From Histomonas meleagridis 2922-C6/04-290x (Eukaryota > Protista > Parabasalia): DNA of 64,000 nt. The DNA lies in contig JAANOX010000280.1 of NCBI GenBank assembly GCA_020184695.1, positions 744,001-808,000 on the forward strand, written 5' to 3'. This document shows, piece by piece, positions 62,942 through 64,000 of the stretch (position 1 is the stretch's first letter; every line of letters begins with the position of its first letter). Below the pieces are notes generated by a model that saw only the letters and a list, made by a program, of their open reading frames with translations, was not told where the DNA came from and searched no databases. The translations under genes were made by a program, and so were the position numbers.

Positions 62942-63754
62942 CTATTGGAAATGGGGAATCCACATTTTCCCATAGTATGGGATAAAGAATCCGCCGATTT
63001 TCTCAAACGCATTCCATGCCTTTGCATAGTAAATATCTTTCACAAAAAGCCTCAGCAAACTCAAAAAAGTAATTGTTGCAATGGAAATCGCAGCAACTTT
63101 TTGCTTGTCGAAGGTAAACAAAGGGATAAAAGCTCCGTAATCAGTAAAAAAGTAATATACTGATGACGCAACTGAATGTTCAAACAAAATTGGGCCAAAA
63201 CTTCGCGGATTTTGTCGGACAATACATCCAAATACTGTCATTAAGATGTATTTCGTTGTCCCAAATAAGGTAGAAAAAACTATGTTAAATATCCATAGAT
63301 CATATAACTTGAAATGAAGTGCTAGATCCATTGAAAGAATTATATCTCGACCGGCTAAATATCCCCTAATAATGGAAAGAAGAGGTGAAAAAAATCGAGA
63401 TATCAGCCTAACAATATCAAATGGTGAATAATTAAATAAAAGCCAGATTATTAAAAATGTTGGAAAAAGTGAATCATTTGTAAATATGGCAAGTTGGTGA
63501 TTAACTATTAATGAAGCAATGTTATCGCTACTAGTTGTCATTAAAAAAGTGAGAATAAGTGAGAAAATTGGAGTCTTAATTTTTAGAGAAGATCGAACAA
63601 GATGACAGCTGCAAATGCAATCTAAAATATATAAAAAAGGATACCTTGGAAAGCAATTGGTAAGTGAAATCCAGGAATCAATTGATGTTTTCTTGAAATT
63701 ATCAAAACAGAACCCTTCCCCACAAAACATTGAAGAACGTTTAACGATACACAT
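62942..63754 (-). CDS. Multi-pass membrane protein, TRIC/TMEM38-like
   Basis: LIIWLLFNYSPFD motif and about 6-7 hydrophobic segments. Confidence 0.55.
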   Translation of the reverse strand: MCIVKRSSMFCGEGFCFDNFKKTSIDSWISLTNCFPRYPFLYILDCICSCHLVRSSLKIKTPIFSLILTFLMTTSSDNIASLIVNHQLAIFTNDSLFPTFLIIWLLFNYSPFDIVRLISRFFSPLLSIIRGYLAGRDIILSMDLALHFKLYDLWIFNIVFSTLFGTTKYILMTVFGCIVRQNPRSFGPILFEHSVASSVYYFFTDYGAFIPLFTFDKQKVAAISIATITFLSLLRLFVKDIYYAKAWNAFEKIGGFFIPYYGKMWIPHFQ

Positions 63755-63943
63755 CTTTTTTATGAATTAACAAAATATATTTCAAAAAATTTAACGAAAA
63801 TATTTTTAAACATTGAAAAGTTTCATTTAACTATATAACTGAGTTTAATTTGTATTATATATTGAAACTTTGATTAAAAAACAAAATACAAATATCAAAT
63901 ATTAATAAAAACTATATTTTATTGATAATCATATTATATTATA

Positions 63944-64000
63944 TTATATTTGTTCAATAAATTTTTCTTCTTGAAAATCTTCCGCAAATGGATCTTCTTC
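63944..64000 (-). CDS. 3' end of another BspA-like gene (runs beyond the window)
   Basis: Encodes EEDPFAEDFQEEKFIEQI*, identical in amino acid sequence to the tail of 58136-59971. Confidence 0.75.
   Translation of the reverse strand, partial: EEDPFAEDFQEEKFIEQI

Overview
AT-rich, almost intron-free eukaryotic DNA, most likely from a parabasalid (trichomonad-type) protist. This is inferred from the BspA-like LRR surface proteins, a DUF3447-type ankyrin gene, compact housekeeping genes and short intergenic spacers. Positions 2.3-36.1 kb form a large imperfect fold-back: 2281-14300 is an inverted, deletion-bearing copy of 17267-36103 around a 2966-bp spacer. It carries a SCY1-like pseudokinase, a mucolipin-like channel, EF-hand paralogs, three mosaic BspA genes with an LRR VNTR, a Mutator-like element with 76-bp TIRs, a pogo-like element with 49-bp TIRs and TA TSD, and a single-copy CDC5. 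Positions 36.4-64 kb are mostly housekeeping genes: V-ATPase B, Snf2 ATPase, rhomboid, cyclophilin, NudC, HeH/LEM protein, tRNA, macrodomain protein, Nup93-like and TRIC-like, plus further BspA genes. The most striking observation is at 47.8-49.4 kb. Nine intact ankyrin-repeat coding blocks are each separated, at the same repeat position, by T-rich, stop-containing spacers without GT-AG ends. The period is exactly 170 nt five times in a row (spacer about 68 nt), and a TTTGGARTT-like motif sits exactly 23 nt upstream of the next repeat in 7 of 9 cases. This is a candidate non-canonical intron or RNA-processing system. Many 1-2 nt frameshifts fall in homopolymers and are probably consensus errors.
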